The notes beneath the pieces were generated by a model that was not told the origin of the DNA, made no database searches, and was given only the letters and a program-made list of their open reading frames with translations. Below, piece by piece: positions 29,096 through 37,628 of a stretch of DNA of 64,000 bases; positions within the stretch are counted from its first letter, which is position 1, and each line of letters begins with the position of its first letter. This DNA is from Acidobacteriota bacterium. GTDB lineage: Bacteria; Acidobacteriota; UBA6911. The stretch spans positions 5,920,001-5,984,000 of the forward strand of contig OY761556.1 of assembly GCA_963664705.1 (NCBI GenBank), given 5' to 3'. The position numbers were made by a program, and so were the translations under genes.

Positions 29096-31975
29096 ATGGG
29101 TCAACCGGTCACTCCCTCCATCCAGTCCCTGGAAGATAAAATTCAGGCTGCTCCCTTTCTGATTCATGATGCCCGGAAAATGTGGCTGATAATTTCGGGC
29201 AGCCTGGATTTATTCCTTGTCAGCGTCAACGACGGCAATTCCTATGGGGCGAGGACCCATGTGCTCCGCGCCGGGTGCGGTTCCGCTGTCTTTGGCGTGG
29301 ATTGCGCTCCCTCGTCCATCGAGCAGCTGCTGGCGGTTCCCGGACCCGGATGTCGAATCCGGGAGCTATCCTGCGGGGAGACGCTCGACAACCAGGAGAT
29401 GGAAAAGCTGCTGGACGGTTGGATATCAGGGCTGTCCTCAGCGGCAGCAAGAGATCTGGTTCCCCAAAACGTCGAGTATCTGCAGCCTGCTTCAAAGCTG
29501 GAGCTCAGCGAGGCAAAAGCGGTTCTGAGCCGCAAAGGTGTCCTGTGGGTGCGGTTGATCAAGGGGGCCGCGCGGTTCCTGGGCGAGTATGATCTGGCAA
29601 CCGGTGAGGGTTCTACTCCTTTTCCTCTTACCGAATCCACATGGCTGCAGGCTGAAAAGGATTGCTCCTTCGCGGCGATCACGGCCGGCCGGGACTTGAT
29701 TTTCGGAACAGATACGCAGACCGGAGGATTAGGGCTGTTCCATGAGCGAGTTTTGAATTGCCTTATTCAAAACCGGCGGCGCGACGAGGAAAAAGAGAAG
29801 GAACGGATTGCGCGTCGGAATGAAGCGGACCGTGACCGCGTCGATCAATCCATGCAGCTTCTGGCTTCACCCCTGCTGGAAAAACAGGAGGTCCCGGAGG
29901 GAGCTGAAGGCGATCCACTGATTCTTGCGTGCGGGGTCCTGGGTAAAAAACTCGGAATTCAGTTCAAACCCGCTCCGGGGCCAATTCCAAAGAGCGAAGA
30001 ACCTGTAATCGCAATTGCGCGCGCATCGAACGTCCGCGTCCGCAGTGTGGCCCTGAAAGGCAAATGGTGGAACGAGGATAACGGTCCCCTGCTGGGCCGC
30101 CGCGAGAGTGATCAGATGCCGGTTGCGCTCCTGCCGTCTTCCGCCAGGAGCTATGATTTGTATGATCCGGTTGCCCGCACCTATGCCCGCGTTGATGAGA
30201 GCGTCGCGCGAACCCTGGAAGTTTTCGCGTGGCAATTCTATCGTCCCTTTCCCGCGAAGGAACTCGGGTTGTTCGATTTGATCCGGTTTGGCTTCAACGA
30301 CTGCCGCGGCAGCCTTGGCACCATGCTCCTGATGGGAGCGGCAACCGGCGTGCTGGGAATGTCCATTCCTGTGGGCACCGGGATCCTGTTCGATTCCATC
30401 ATTCCCGGGGCAAACCGTTCCCAGCTTCTTCAGATGCTCGTGTTGATGGCGGTCGTGTGTGTCTGCACAACGCTTTTCCAGATTGTCCAGAACATTGCAG
30501 TGCTTCGAATTCGCGGCAAAATGGACGCGTCGGTACAGGCGGCGGTTTGGGACCGGCTGCTGAGCTTGCCCGTGCCTTTTTTCAGGGATTTTACGGCGGG
30601 GGATCTTGCTACCCGAAGTCTGAGTATCAGCGCAATCTGGGACATCCTGACGGGATCGGTCCTTTCGTCACTTCTCTCTGGACTATTCTCTATCTTCAGC
30701 TTCGTACTCCTCTTCTACTATAGCTGGAAGCTCGCTCTATTGGCGACCGGTCTTACCGTGGTCACGGCGCTGGTAACCATTTTCAGCGGTTACCAGGAAG
30801 TGCGTTGCCGGCGGGAGACAGCGCAAATTCAGGGGCATCTTTCCGGAATGCTGCTCCAGTTTATCAATGGCATTGCAAAATTGAGGATTTCCGCGACAGA
30901 AAATCGCGCTTTTGCATCGTGGGCAAAAGAGTTTACCCGTCAGAAAAAGTCCTCCATCCGGAGCCGGAAGGTTTCGGTCCGGCTTGCGGTATTCACGTCG
31001 GTATTTCCAGTTCTCGGTTCTGCGGTAATTTTTTATGCCATGTCTTCTCTGTCTGGGGGGGCTGAAAGCCTGTCGTTATCAACCGGGAACTTCCTTGCGT
31101 TCAATGCGGCGTTTACCCAATTCGAATTTGCCGTTCTCGCCTTAAGTTCCGCGCTGATTTCGGCTCTCCACATCGTGCCGCTGTATGAGCGTGCTCTGCC
31201 GATTCTCCAAACACTGCCGGAGGTTGATACCACAAAGAGTCACCCGGGCGAGTTGTCGGGCAATATCGAAGTGCGGCACGTAAATTTCCGTTACCGTCCC
31301 GACACCGCTCTGATCCTGCGGGATGTATCGCTCAAAATTGCATCCGGAAGGTTCGTGGCCCTGGTGGGGCCCTCCGGCAGCGGCAAGTCCACGATTTTCC
31401 GGATGCTGCTCGGATTCGAGATGCCGGAGTCGGGGGCGATCCTCTATGACAACCAGGATCAATCGCAGATCGACATGCAGGCCGTTCGGAAACAGATTGG
31501 AGTGGTGCTGCAGAGCGGACAATTGTTTGCCGACTCGATTTACAGAAACATCGTGGGTTCCGCTCCCATCACAATAGAAGAGGCATGGGAGGCAGCCTGC
31601 AAGGCAGGGATGGACAAGGATATTCAGGCAATGCCGATGGGCCTGCATACCGTGCTGGCTGAGGGTGGCGGCGGATTGTCCGGCGGGCAGCGGCAGCGGT
31701 TGATGATCGCGCGCGCCATCGTCCGGAAACCGCGCATTCTCTTTTTCGATGAAGCGACCAGTGCACTCGACAATGAGACGCAAACGATCGTGAGCCGGAG
31801 CCTGGAAAGCCTGAAGTCAACCCGGGTTGTCATTGCGCACCGGCTCAGCACAATTGCCAATGCCGATTATATCTACGTGATGGACAAAGGAACTATCGTT
31901 CAGGAAGGGACGTATCAGGACCTGATTGGCAAGCCCGGGCCTTTTGCCGATCTGGCTCGTCGGCAGATTGCCTGA
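29096..31975 (+). CDS. NHLM bacteriocin system ABC transporter, permease/ATP-binding (peptidase-less partner)
   Basis: AAVWDRLLSLP, GPSGSGKST, LSGGQRQR, FDEATSALDN; adjacent to the C39-ABC. Confidence 0.94.
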   Translation: MGQPVTPSIQSLEDKIQAAPFLIHDARKMWLIISGSLDLFLVSVNDGNSYGARTHVLRAGCGSAVFGVDCAPSSIEQLLAVPGPGCRIRELSCGETLDNQEMEKLLDGWISGLSSAAARDLVPQNVEYLQPASKLELSEAKAVLSRKGVLWVRLIKGAARFLGEYDLATGEGSTPFPLTESTWLQAEKDCSFAAITAGRDLIFGTDTQTGGLGLFHERVLNCLIQNRRRDEEKEKERIARRNEADRDRVDQSMQLLASPLLEKQEVPEGAEGDPLILACGVLGKKLGIQFKPAPGPIPKSEEPVIAIARASNVRVRSVALKGKWWNEDNGPLLGRRESDQMPVALLPSSARSYDLYDPVARTYARVDESVARTLEVFAWQFYRPFPAKELGLFDLIRFGFNDCRGSLGTMLLMGAATGVLGMSIPVGTGILFDSIIPGANRSQLLQMLVLMAVVCVCTTLFQIVQNIAVLRIRGKMDASVQAAVWDRLLSLPVPFFRDFTAGDLATRSLSISAIWDILTGSVLSSLLSGLFSIFSFVLLFYYSWKLALLATGLTVVTALVTIFSGYQEVRCRRETAQIQGHLSGMLLQFINGIAKLRISATENRAFASWAKEFTRQKKSSIRSRKVSVRLAVFTSVFPVLGSAVIFYAMSSLSGGAESLSLSTGNFLAFNAAFTQFEFAVLALSSALISALHIVPLYERALPILQTLPEVDTTKSHPGELSGNIEVRHVNFRYRPDTALILRDVSLKIASGRFVALVGPSGSGKSTIFRMLLGFEMPESGAILYDNQDQSQIDMQAVRKQIGVVLQSGQLFADSIYRNIVGSAPITIEEAWEAACKAGMDKDIQAMPMGLHTVLAEGGGGLSGGQRQRLMIARAIVRKPRILFFDEATSALDNETQTIVSRSLESLKSTRVVIAHRLSTIANADYIYVMDKGTIVQEGTYQDLIGKPGPFADLARRQIA

Positions 31976-32003
31976 TTCAGCCGTTCTCTCAAGTGAGGAA
32001 GCG

Positions 32004-32540
32004 ATGAGGAAAGCACTTTATTTTTTGGGCATCCTGGATGATCGGGATATTGACTGGATAATCCGCAATGGCAGAAAGATGACGCTGAAGCCTGGAGCGC
32101 AGCTGATCGAAGAGGGGAAGCCGACGGATTGGCTTTACTTCGTGCTCGAAGGATCCTTCGTGGTCTACACTGCGGCCGCGTCCAGAATCGCAGTTCTCAA
32201 AGCGGGAGAGGTGGTAGGAGAAATTTCCTTCGTCGATTCGCGTCCGCCCACCGCCAACGTGCGCGCGGAAACCGAATCCAGAGTCGGCGCGATTCAGCGC
32301 GATATGTTGATGCAACGGCTGCAGGAGAACGTCGGGTTTGCAGCTCGCTTCTATCAATCGCTGGCGGCTTATCTGGCGGACCGCCTGCGAACCACCGTGG
32401 GAACCCTGGGGGTTCAGAAACTGAATCTCGATGAAAGTATCGAAGACACGGATGAGCTGGCCCCGCATCTGCTCAGCAATTTGTCGATGGCCGGAACCCG
32501 TTTTACCGACATGCAGAGACGCGAGTGGGGGAGAGGTTAG
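32004..32540 (+). CDS. Cyclic nucleotide-binding domain protein associated with bacteriocin-type transport
   Basis: MRKALYFLGILDDRDIDW, GEVVGEISFVDSRPPTANV; this family typically follows NHLM transporters. Confidence 0.88.
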   Translation: MRKALYFLGILDDRDIDWIIRNGRKMTLKPGAQLIEEGKPTDWLYFVLEGSFVVYTAAASRIAVLKAGEVVGEISFVDSRPPTANVRAETESRVGAIQRDMLMQRLQENVGFAARFYQSLAAYLADRLRTTVGTLGVQKLNLDESIEDTDELAPHLLSNLSMAGTRFTDMQRREWGRG

Positions 32541-32790
32541 AGACGAACACAGCGCCGGGCGAGGGAAATCGCATATAGGAGTTACGCTCAATGCGGCAGC
32601 CGCGTGCGTCATTCCAATAACCAAAATATTATTGTTTTGCCCGGAGCACTCAAGTAACATCCACGGCTATGTTTGGAAAGTCTGGAGCTTCGCGCCAGTT
32701 AATCTTTCAAAATAGCAGCTGACGACCCCGGCAGGCTCAAGGGATTCAAGTGTTGATTTACCATTCATGATCGGACGAAGGAGAGAGAAT

Positions 32791-32952
32791 ATGGCAGACG
32801 AGAAGAAAGAAAAGAAGCCCATCAAGATCACCATCGATGACCAAGGAGCGGTCAAGCTCGATCAGGAACAGCTCGATGAAGAACAATTGAGTGCTATTGC
32901 CGGTGGGATCGAGATCATCCGGAATGTCACGTGCCGTATAACAAGAAGATAA
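32791..32952 (+). CDS. RiPP precursor peptide (39-aa double-glycine leader plus 14-aa core IEIIRNVTCRITRR)
   Basis: AAGGAGAG RBS; leader ends LDEEQLSAIAGG (C39 cleavage motif); lies between the exporter and two radical SAM genes. Confidence 0.9.
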   Translation: MADEKKEKKPIKITIDDQGAVKLDQEQLDEEQLSAIAGGIEIIRNVTCRITRR

Positions 32953-33019
32953 TAAATTCCGAAGCCGATGCTGTATTCAATGCACATTGTCTGCAGCTCG
33001 CAGCTTAAAGGCATGACAT

Positions 33020-33050
33020 CCCTTGCGGGGAGATGGTTTCCCCGCAAGGG
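33020..33050 (+). promoter_or_regulatory. Strong stem-loop between precursor and maturase genes
   Basis: CCCTTGCGGGGA-gatggtt-TCCCCGCAAGGG, 12-bp perfect stem, no U-tract. Confidence 0.65.
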
Positions 33051-33067
33051 CAACCTCGCGCGTAAGA

Positions 33068-34069
33068 ATGAAAGATGTGAATTTCCCATCCCCTGCAGAA
33101 CTGGGGGCAGCCCTGAACCCCAGCGCCCTCTACCTGATGGTCTTTCCGACCGAAGACTGTAATCTCCGATGTACATATTGCTATGAGGATCACAAGCCCG
33201 GCAGCATGAGCCCGTCAGTGCTTGGCGGGCTGGAACGGCTGATTGAGCGCAGAATGAGAGACCTCAGGCATATCCGTCTGTCGTGGTTTGGAGGAGAGCC
33301 GCTGCTGGCAAAAAATGTTGTTTTCGAGTTGGCCGAGTTTGTCCAAAAGTGCTGCGCTCAGTCCGGCTGCGTTCACCTGCCGGGCAGCGTCACGACCAAT
33401 GGTTACCTGTTGACTGCGGATGTTGCGCAACGGCTGATAGCGGCCGGACAAAAGCAATTTCATATTTCGCTCGACGGGATTGGGGAAGCCCATGATCATA
33501 GCCGTCCCCTTGTTTCGGGCCGCGGTTCCTTCGAACGAATCTGGGCCAACCTGCATGCGCTTCGATGCAGCGCACTGGAATTCGAGCTTGTTTTCCGAGT
33601 TCACTATGGATTTCCCGCGAGGGAGGCTACCGAGGCCTTGTGCCGGCATTTGAATGCGGATTTTGGGGGCGATCGCCGGTTCCGCGTTACGCTGCAGTCC
33701 ATAGCCGATCTCGGGGGGGAGAATACCGGGACGTTTACACCGTTGTCTGTTACGGAAGCGTTGTGCGCTTCTGACGTTTTTTCGGCGCTCATGCCCGATC
33801 TTGTGGTCAGCGACAACAAAACAGCTGATTATTGCATATGCGAGGCGGCACGGCCCAATCACCTGCTGATCCGGCCTGACGGACGGGTTTGCAAATGCGC
33901 CGTGAATCTGAATGATCCACGCAATGAGGTGGGCAGAATCACCGAGGATGGCAGAATCGAGTTTAACCAGCAGCGGCTTCAGCCCTGGTTCAGAGGATTT
34001 GAACAACTCGACAAGGATATCCTCCTATGTCCCTTCACTTGGGTTTGCGAAACCCCGCTGGAACAATGA
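33068..34069 (+). CDS. Radical SAM peptide maturase with C-terminal Twitch/SPASM-like Cys cluster
   Basis: CNLRCTYC, WFGGEPLL, TTNG, ISLDG; C-terminal CICEAARPNHLLIRPDGRVCKC...CP. Confidence 0.92.
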   Translation: MKDVNFPSPAELGAALNPSALYLMVFPTEDCNLRCTYCYEDHKPGSMSPSVLGGLERLIERRMRDLRHIRLSWFGGEPLLAKNVVFELAEFVQKCCAQSGCVHLPGSVTTNGYLLTADVAQRLIAAGQKQFHISLDGIGEAHDHSRPLVSGRGSFERIWANLHALRCSALEFELVFRVHYGFPAREATEALCRHLNADFGGDRRFRVTLQSIADLGGENTGTFTPLSVTEALCASDVFSALMPDLVVSDNKTADYCICEAARPNHLLIRPDGRVCKCAVNLNDPRNEVGRITEDGRIEFNQQRLQPWFRGFEQLDKDILLCPFTWVCETPLEQ

Positions 34070-35964
34070 CTGGTAAACGAAAGCGATCGTCAAACTCGAC
34101 CAGGCTCCCCAAGGTGGCACTTGTAGCTGCCCCTTGGCAAACCTTCTGTCGCCCGTCCATCCAGCTTGCCTGTCTCAAAGCTTTTGCTGAAAAACACGTC
34201 CCAGGCGTCAGGGTTGAAACGCATCATCTCTATCTGGCTGTCGCTGCCGGCCTGGGCCGCCCGCAATATGATGCGGTTTCCTGCTGGGACTCTGTTATCT
34301 GTGAATCGCTCTATGGCAATCTGCTTTTTCCATCGAAAAGATCGGACGCCGAGAATGCGCTCCGGCAGATGGTCGGGCGAAGGGCTTTGGCACGCATCCC
34401 ATATGGGCCGCTGATGAAACGGATCCGTGCCGCGACGGATTCCTACGTGGATAGTGTGGATTGGTCCGAATATAGCCTGGTTGGATTCTCCATCTGCCTG
34501 GCTCAACTCGCCTCTTCGCTCTACTGCATCCGGCGGATCAAGCGCCGGTATCCGGATCTGCCGGTGGTTATCGGAGGTTCCTCTTACGGCCGCGAGTCCT
34601 TGCAGCGCATTCTATGCGGTTTTCCCGAGGTGGACATTGCCGTTAATGGTGAGGGGGAAATCCCTTTTGGCGACCTCCTGGAACTGATTTCGAAGGGCGA
34701 GGGCCTGGATGCGATGCGAGCCGTGCCCGGTGTTGTCACAAAAGAGTCTGTGTTTGAGGCACCGATCGCCTGCCGCCAGTTGCCTTCCCTGGATCAGCTT
34801 CCGTATCCCGATTTTACGGATTATTTTGAGCAGCTGAAAACCCTGGCGCATGCAAAACCCTTTTATACCACTCTGCTGATCGAGTCATCGAGAGGTTGCG
34901 CATGGCGTTCAAGCGGAAGTTCAGCGAATCCTGATCGGCCGGGATGCGCCTTCTGCGGTCTGAACCGGACCTGGCAAGGTTATCGTTACAAGTCGGCCGA
35001 GAGAGTAGCGGCGGAGGTTGATGCCCTTTCCGATCAGCATGGAATTCTTGCGCTGGCATTTACGGATAATCTTTTGCCTGTTTCCGCATCGGTTCGCCAT
35101 CCCGTCGAGCTCAAGGCCCTGAACAAAGATCTCAGCCTCTTTGGAGAAATGCGCGCAAACATCACCCGTCCCGTGAGCCGCGCATTGGCGGATGCCGGTT
35201 TCGAGTGCGTTCAGCTGGGAATCGAATCGCTCAGCACGCCGCTTCTCGCAAAGATGAAAAAGGGAACCACTGCGATTCAAAATCTGCAAGCCCTGAAACT
35301 ATGCGAAGAGCAGGGTATTGTCGCGCTGTGGAACCTGCTGATCGAGTTTCCCTCCAGCGACAGGCACGATATCGATGAAACCCTGCGCGTGATGCGCTTC
35401 GCGATGCATTTCAGGCCGTGTAAAATTTCTGTTTTCGAGCTTGAACCCGACAGCATGGTTGCGACTGATCCGCCGGCCTATGGCATTCCCAAAATCATAG
35501 AAAATCCGCTGTTGCACTCGCTTTTCCCTCCCGGGTTTTCGCGTTCACTGCCTCGGCTCTTCCTGGACTATCGCGGGCGAAAGGAACAGAAAAAGCTTTG
35601 GGCGCCTGTGCGTCGCCAGGTAAGGCTTTGGAATCGCGAGTACCAGCTGCTTCAGGAAAACCTGCCACTCGGACCGATCCTGTCCTACAGCGATGGCGGC
35701 TCTTTCCTGTTGATCAGAAAAAAACGGCCGGGGGCTCCGGCAACGGTATATCGCTTTGGGGAGGCGAGCCGGGCACTTTATCTCTTCTGCCACGAACACC
35801 AGTCCTTTGCGGCGATTGCTCGCGCATTCAGCTCCATCCGGGAAGATCATCTTCGCCAGCTGCTGCACTCGATGGTGAACCAGCATCTCATGTTTACGGA
35901 AGCCGACCGATATCTGAGCCTTGCCATCCGCGATAACTGGTCTCGCGACAGGAGACAGGAATAG
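34066..35964 (+). CDS. RiPP maturation radical SAM protein with B12-binding-like N-domain (putative C-methyltransferase, TIGR03975-like)
   Basis: RPSIQLACLK, VGFS...Q, GEGE, ESSRGC...CAFCGLN, QLGIESLS...MKKG; ATGA overlap with the upstream gene. Confidence 0.88.
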   Translation: MTGKRKRSSNSTRLPKVALVAAPWQTFCRPSIQLACLKAFAEKHVPGVRVETHHLYLAVAAGLGRPQYDAVSCWDSVICESLYGNLLFPSKRSDAENALRQMVGRRALARIPYGPLMKRIRAATDSYVDSVDWSEYSLVGFSICLAQLASSLYCIRRIKRRYPDLPVVIGGSSYGRESLQRILCGFPEVDIAVNGEGEIPFGDLLELISKGEGLDAMRAVPGVVTKESVFEAPIACRQLPSLDQLPYPDFTDYFEQLKTLAHAKPFYTTLLIESSRGCAWRSSGSSANPDRPGCAFCGLNRTWQGYRYKSAERVAAEVDALSDQHGILALAFTDNLLPVSASVRHPVELKALNKDLSLFGEMRANITRPVSRALADAGFECVQLGIESLSTPLLAKMKKGTTAIQNLQALKLCEEQGIVALWNLLIEFPSSDRHDIDETLRVMRFAMHFRPCKISVFELEPDSMVATDPPAYGIPKIIENPLLHSLFPPGFSRSLPRLFLDYRGRKEQKKLWAPVRRQVRLWNREYQLLQENLPLGPILSYSDGGSFLLIRKKRPGAPATVYRFGEASRALYLFCHEHQSFAAIARAFSSIREDHLRQLLHSMVNQHLMFTEADRYLSLAIRDNWSRDRRQE

Positions 35965-36119
35965 GTCGGGCCGCCAAAATCATGCGCATTAGGCCGAACC
36001 CTGTTTGGGTGAATTGATTTACTGGGAAGTTGGTTGGCGCGCTAATATGTAAGAGGATGGATCGAGCGCTCACTGAATCGGCATCACGCGTCCCCAGTGA
36101 CGCTTGAATCAGGGAGGAG

Positions 36120-36899
36120 GTGGTAGTGCGGCTACCGTCGATTTTCTTCGGCCATGGCAATCCAATGAATGCGCTGAGTGAGAGCGGCTACGGCGCGGAA
36201 TGGCGGCGCCTGGGCGAGGAGATTCCAAGGCCCAATGCCATTGTTTGTGTTTCTGCGCACTGGTTCGTTGGAGGAACCCGTGTTACCGGCAATAAGTTTC
36301 CTGAGACCATTCACGATTTTGGCGGATTTCCAGAGGAGCTCTACCGGATCCTCTATCCGGCGCCGGGGGATCAGGGCCTGGCCGGAAGGCTGCAATCTGC
36401 TCTGGCGCCCCTGGATGTAACGCTCGATGAGACCTGGGGTCTGGATCATGGGACATGGTCTGTGCTCCGGCATGTGTATCCGGATGCCGACGTCCCGGTC
36501 GTCCAGTTGAGCATTGATGCGAGAAAGCCGGCGTCATTCCATTTTGAATTGGGCCGGCGGCTGGCGCCTTTGCGGAGCGAAGGGATTCTGATCATGGGCA
36601 GCGGCAACCTGGTTCATAATCTTCATCATTATGCTTGGGGACAGCCGAAAGCCGAGCCTCGCGCCTGGGCGGTTCGTTTCGAGAATAGGGTTAGGGCGGT
36701 GCTTTCATCGGGAGAGTTTGAGCCGCTGATTCGTTATGAAGAGCTGGATCCGGATGCCAGGTTATCTGTTCCGACGCCGGATCATTATCTGCCGCTGCTT
36801 TATGTTCTTGGTACGCGTCAGCCGGATGAGCCCGTCAGCTATCCGATAGAGGGCATTGAGGGTGGCTCGCTTTCCATGTTGACGGTATGTGTCGGCTAA
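36120..36899 (+). CDS. ygiD: 4,5-DOPA dioxygenase extradiol (LigB/YgiD family)
   Basis: FFGHGNPMNA, SAHW, TIHDFGGFP, GLDHGTW, GSGNLVHNL, PTPDHYLPL. Confidence 0.92.
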   Translation: MVVRLPSIFFGHGNPMNALSESGYGAEWRRLGEEIPRPNAIVCVSAHWFVGGTRVTGNKFPETIHDFGGFPEELYRILYPAPGDQGLAGRLQSALAPLDVTLDETWGLDHGTWSVLRHVYPDADVPVVQLSIDARKPASFHFELGRRLAPLRSEGILIMGSGNLVHNLHHYAWGQPKAEPRAWAVRFENRVRAVLSSGEFEPLIRYEELDPDARLSVPTPDHYLPLLYVLGTRQPDEPVSYPIEGIEGGSLSMLTVCVG

Positions 36900-37077
36900 A
36901 AACACCTGTCATTTGTTTGGAATTCCAGATATGTATTTGCCCTTCCGCCCAGATTTGATTACGACTTTTCGGCTGGCTATAAGGAAGTGGAAGAGCTTCT
37001 GGCAAAACATCCCTTGCATGGATTTGAGCAAAGGTAGCTTCAGGCGTAAAGATGCGGGGGAAAGAATGTCCGAAGCA

Positions 37078-37491
37078 TCAAAGCTGTTCGCTGCAGGTAA
37101 TTGAACGAATAGCGGGCTTGCCTGGGCCCTGTTCCTCGCACGGACACGGAAAAGCTTTTTTGATGGCCGAAAGAAGCTCGTTTACCCCAAAAGGCTTTCG
37201 GATCAGCTGAATGTTGGGGTGGGTGCTTTCCGGACACACGGAATATCCGGATATTAAAATGCATTTTATATCCGGCGAAATACGAATTACCTCTTGTAGT
37301 AATTCCGGCCCCTTCATAACAGGCATTTCAATATCAGAAATGATGACGTCAATGCCCGGGTTGTCCCTGACAATATCCAAAGCCTGCTTAGGCAATGATG
37401 TTGTCAGCACCTCGTATTGCGTATGCCTGCGCAAATAGGTGGCGATTAACTTCAGCATAGCGGGTTCGTCATCAACGACAAGTATGCGCAT
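37078..37491 (-). CDS. Single-domain response regulator
   Basis: ILVVDDE, ISDIEMP, ISG, RKPF. Confidence 0.88.
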   Translation of the reverse strand: MRILVVDDEPAMLKLIATYLRRHTQYEVLTTSLPKQALDIVRDNPGIDVIISDIEMPVMKGPELLQEVIRISPDIKCILISGYSVCPESTHPNIQLIRKPFGVNELLSAIKKAFPCPCEEQGPGKPAIRSITCSEQL

Positions 37492-37628
37492 ATTTGCTAT
37501 TTGAATTGATTGTTTAACTACGAGGAGATGTATATAAGCCTTTTTTCGCAGTAATGCATCAAAAAACTCACTTCCTATTGAAATTAATCAGAAGTCCTTT
37601 GTCATTATGAATTCCTGGTTTTGCACTA

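Noticed and set aside
32767-32790. Longer 61-aa start for the precursor
   Set aside because: The AAGGAGAG Shine-Dalgarno is correctly spaced for ATG 32791, so the 53-aa form is preferred.
36120-36899. ygiD as a RiPP tailoring enzyme
   Set aside because: Common stand-alone gene, separated by a 155-bp gap, and the core has no aromatic substrate residue.
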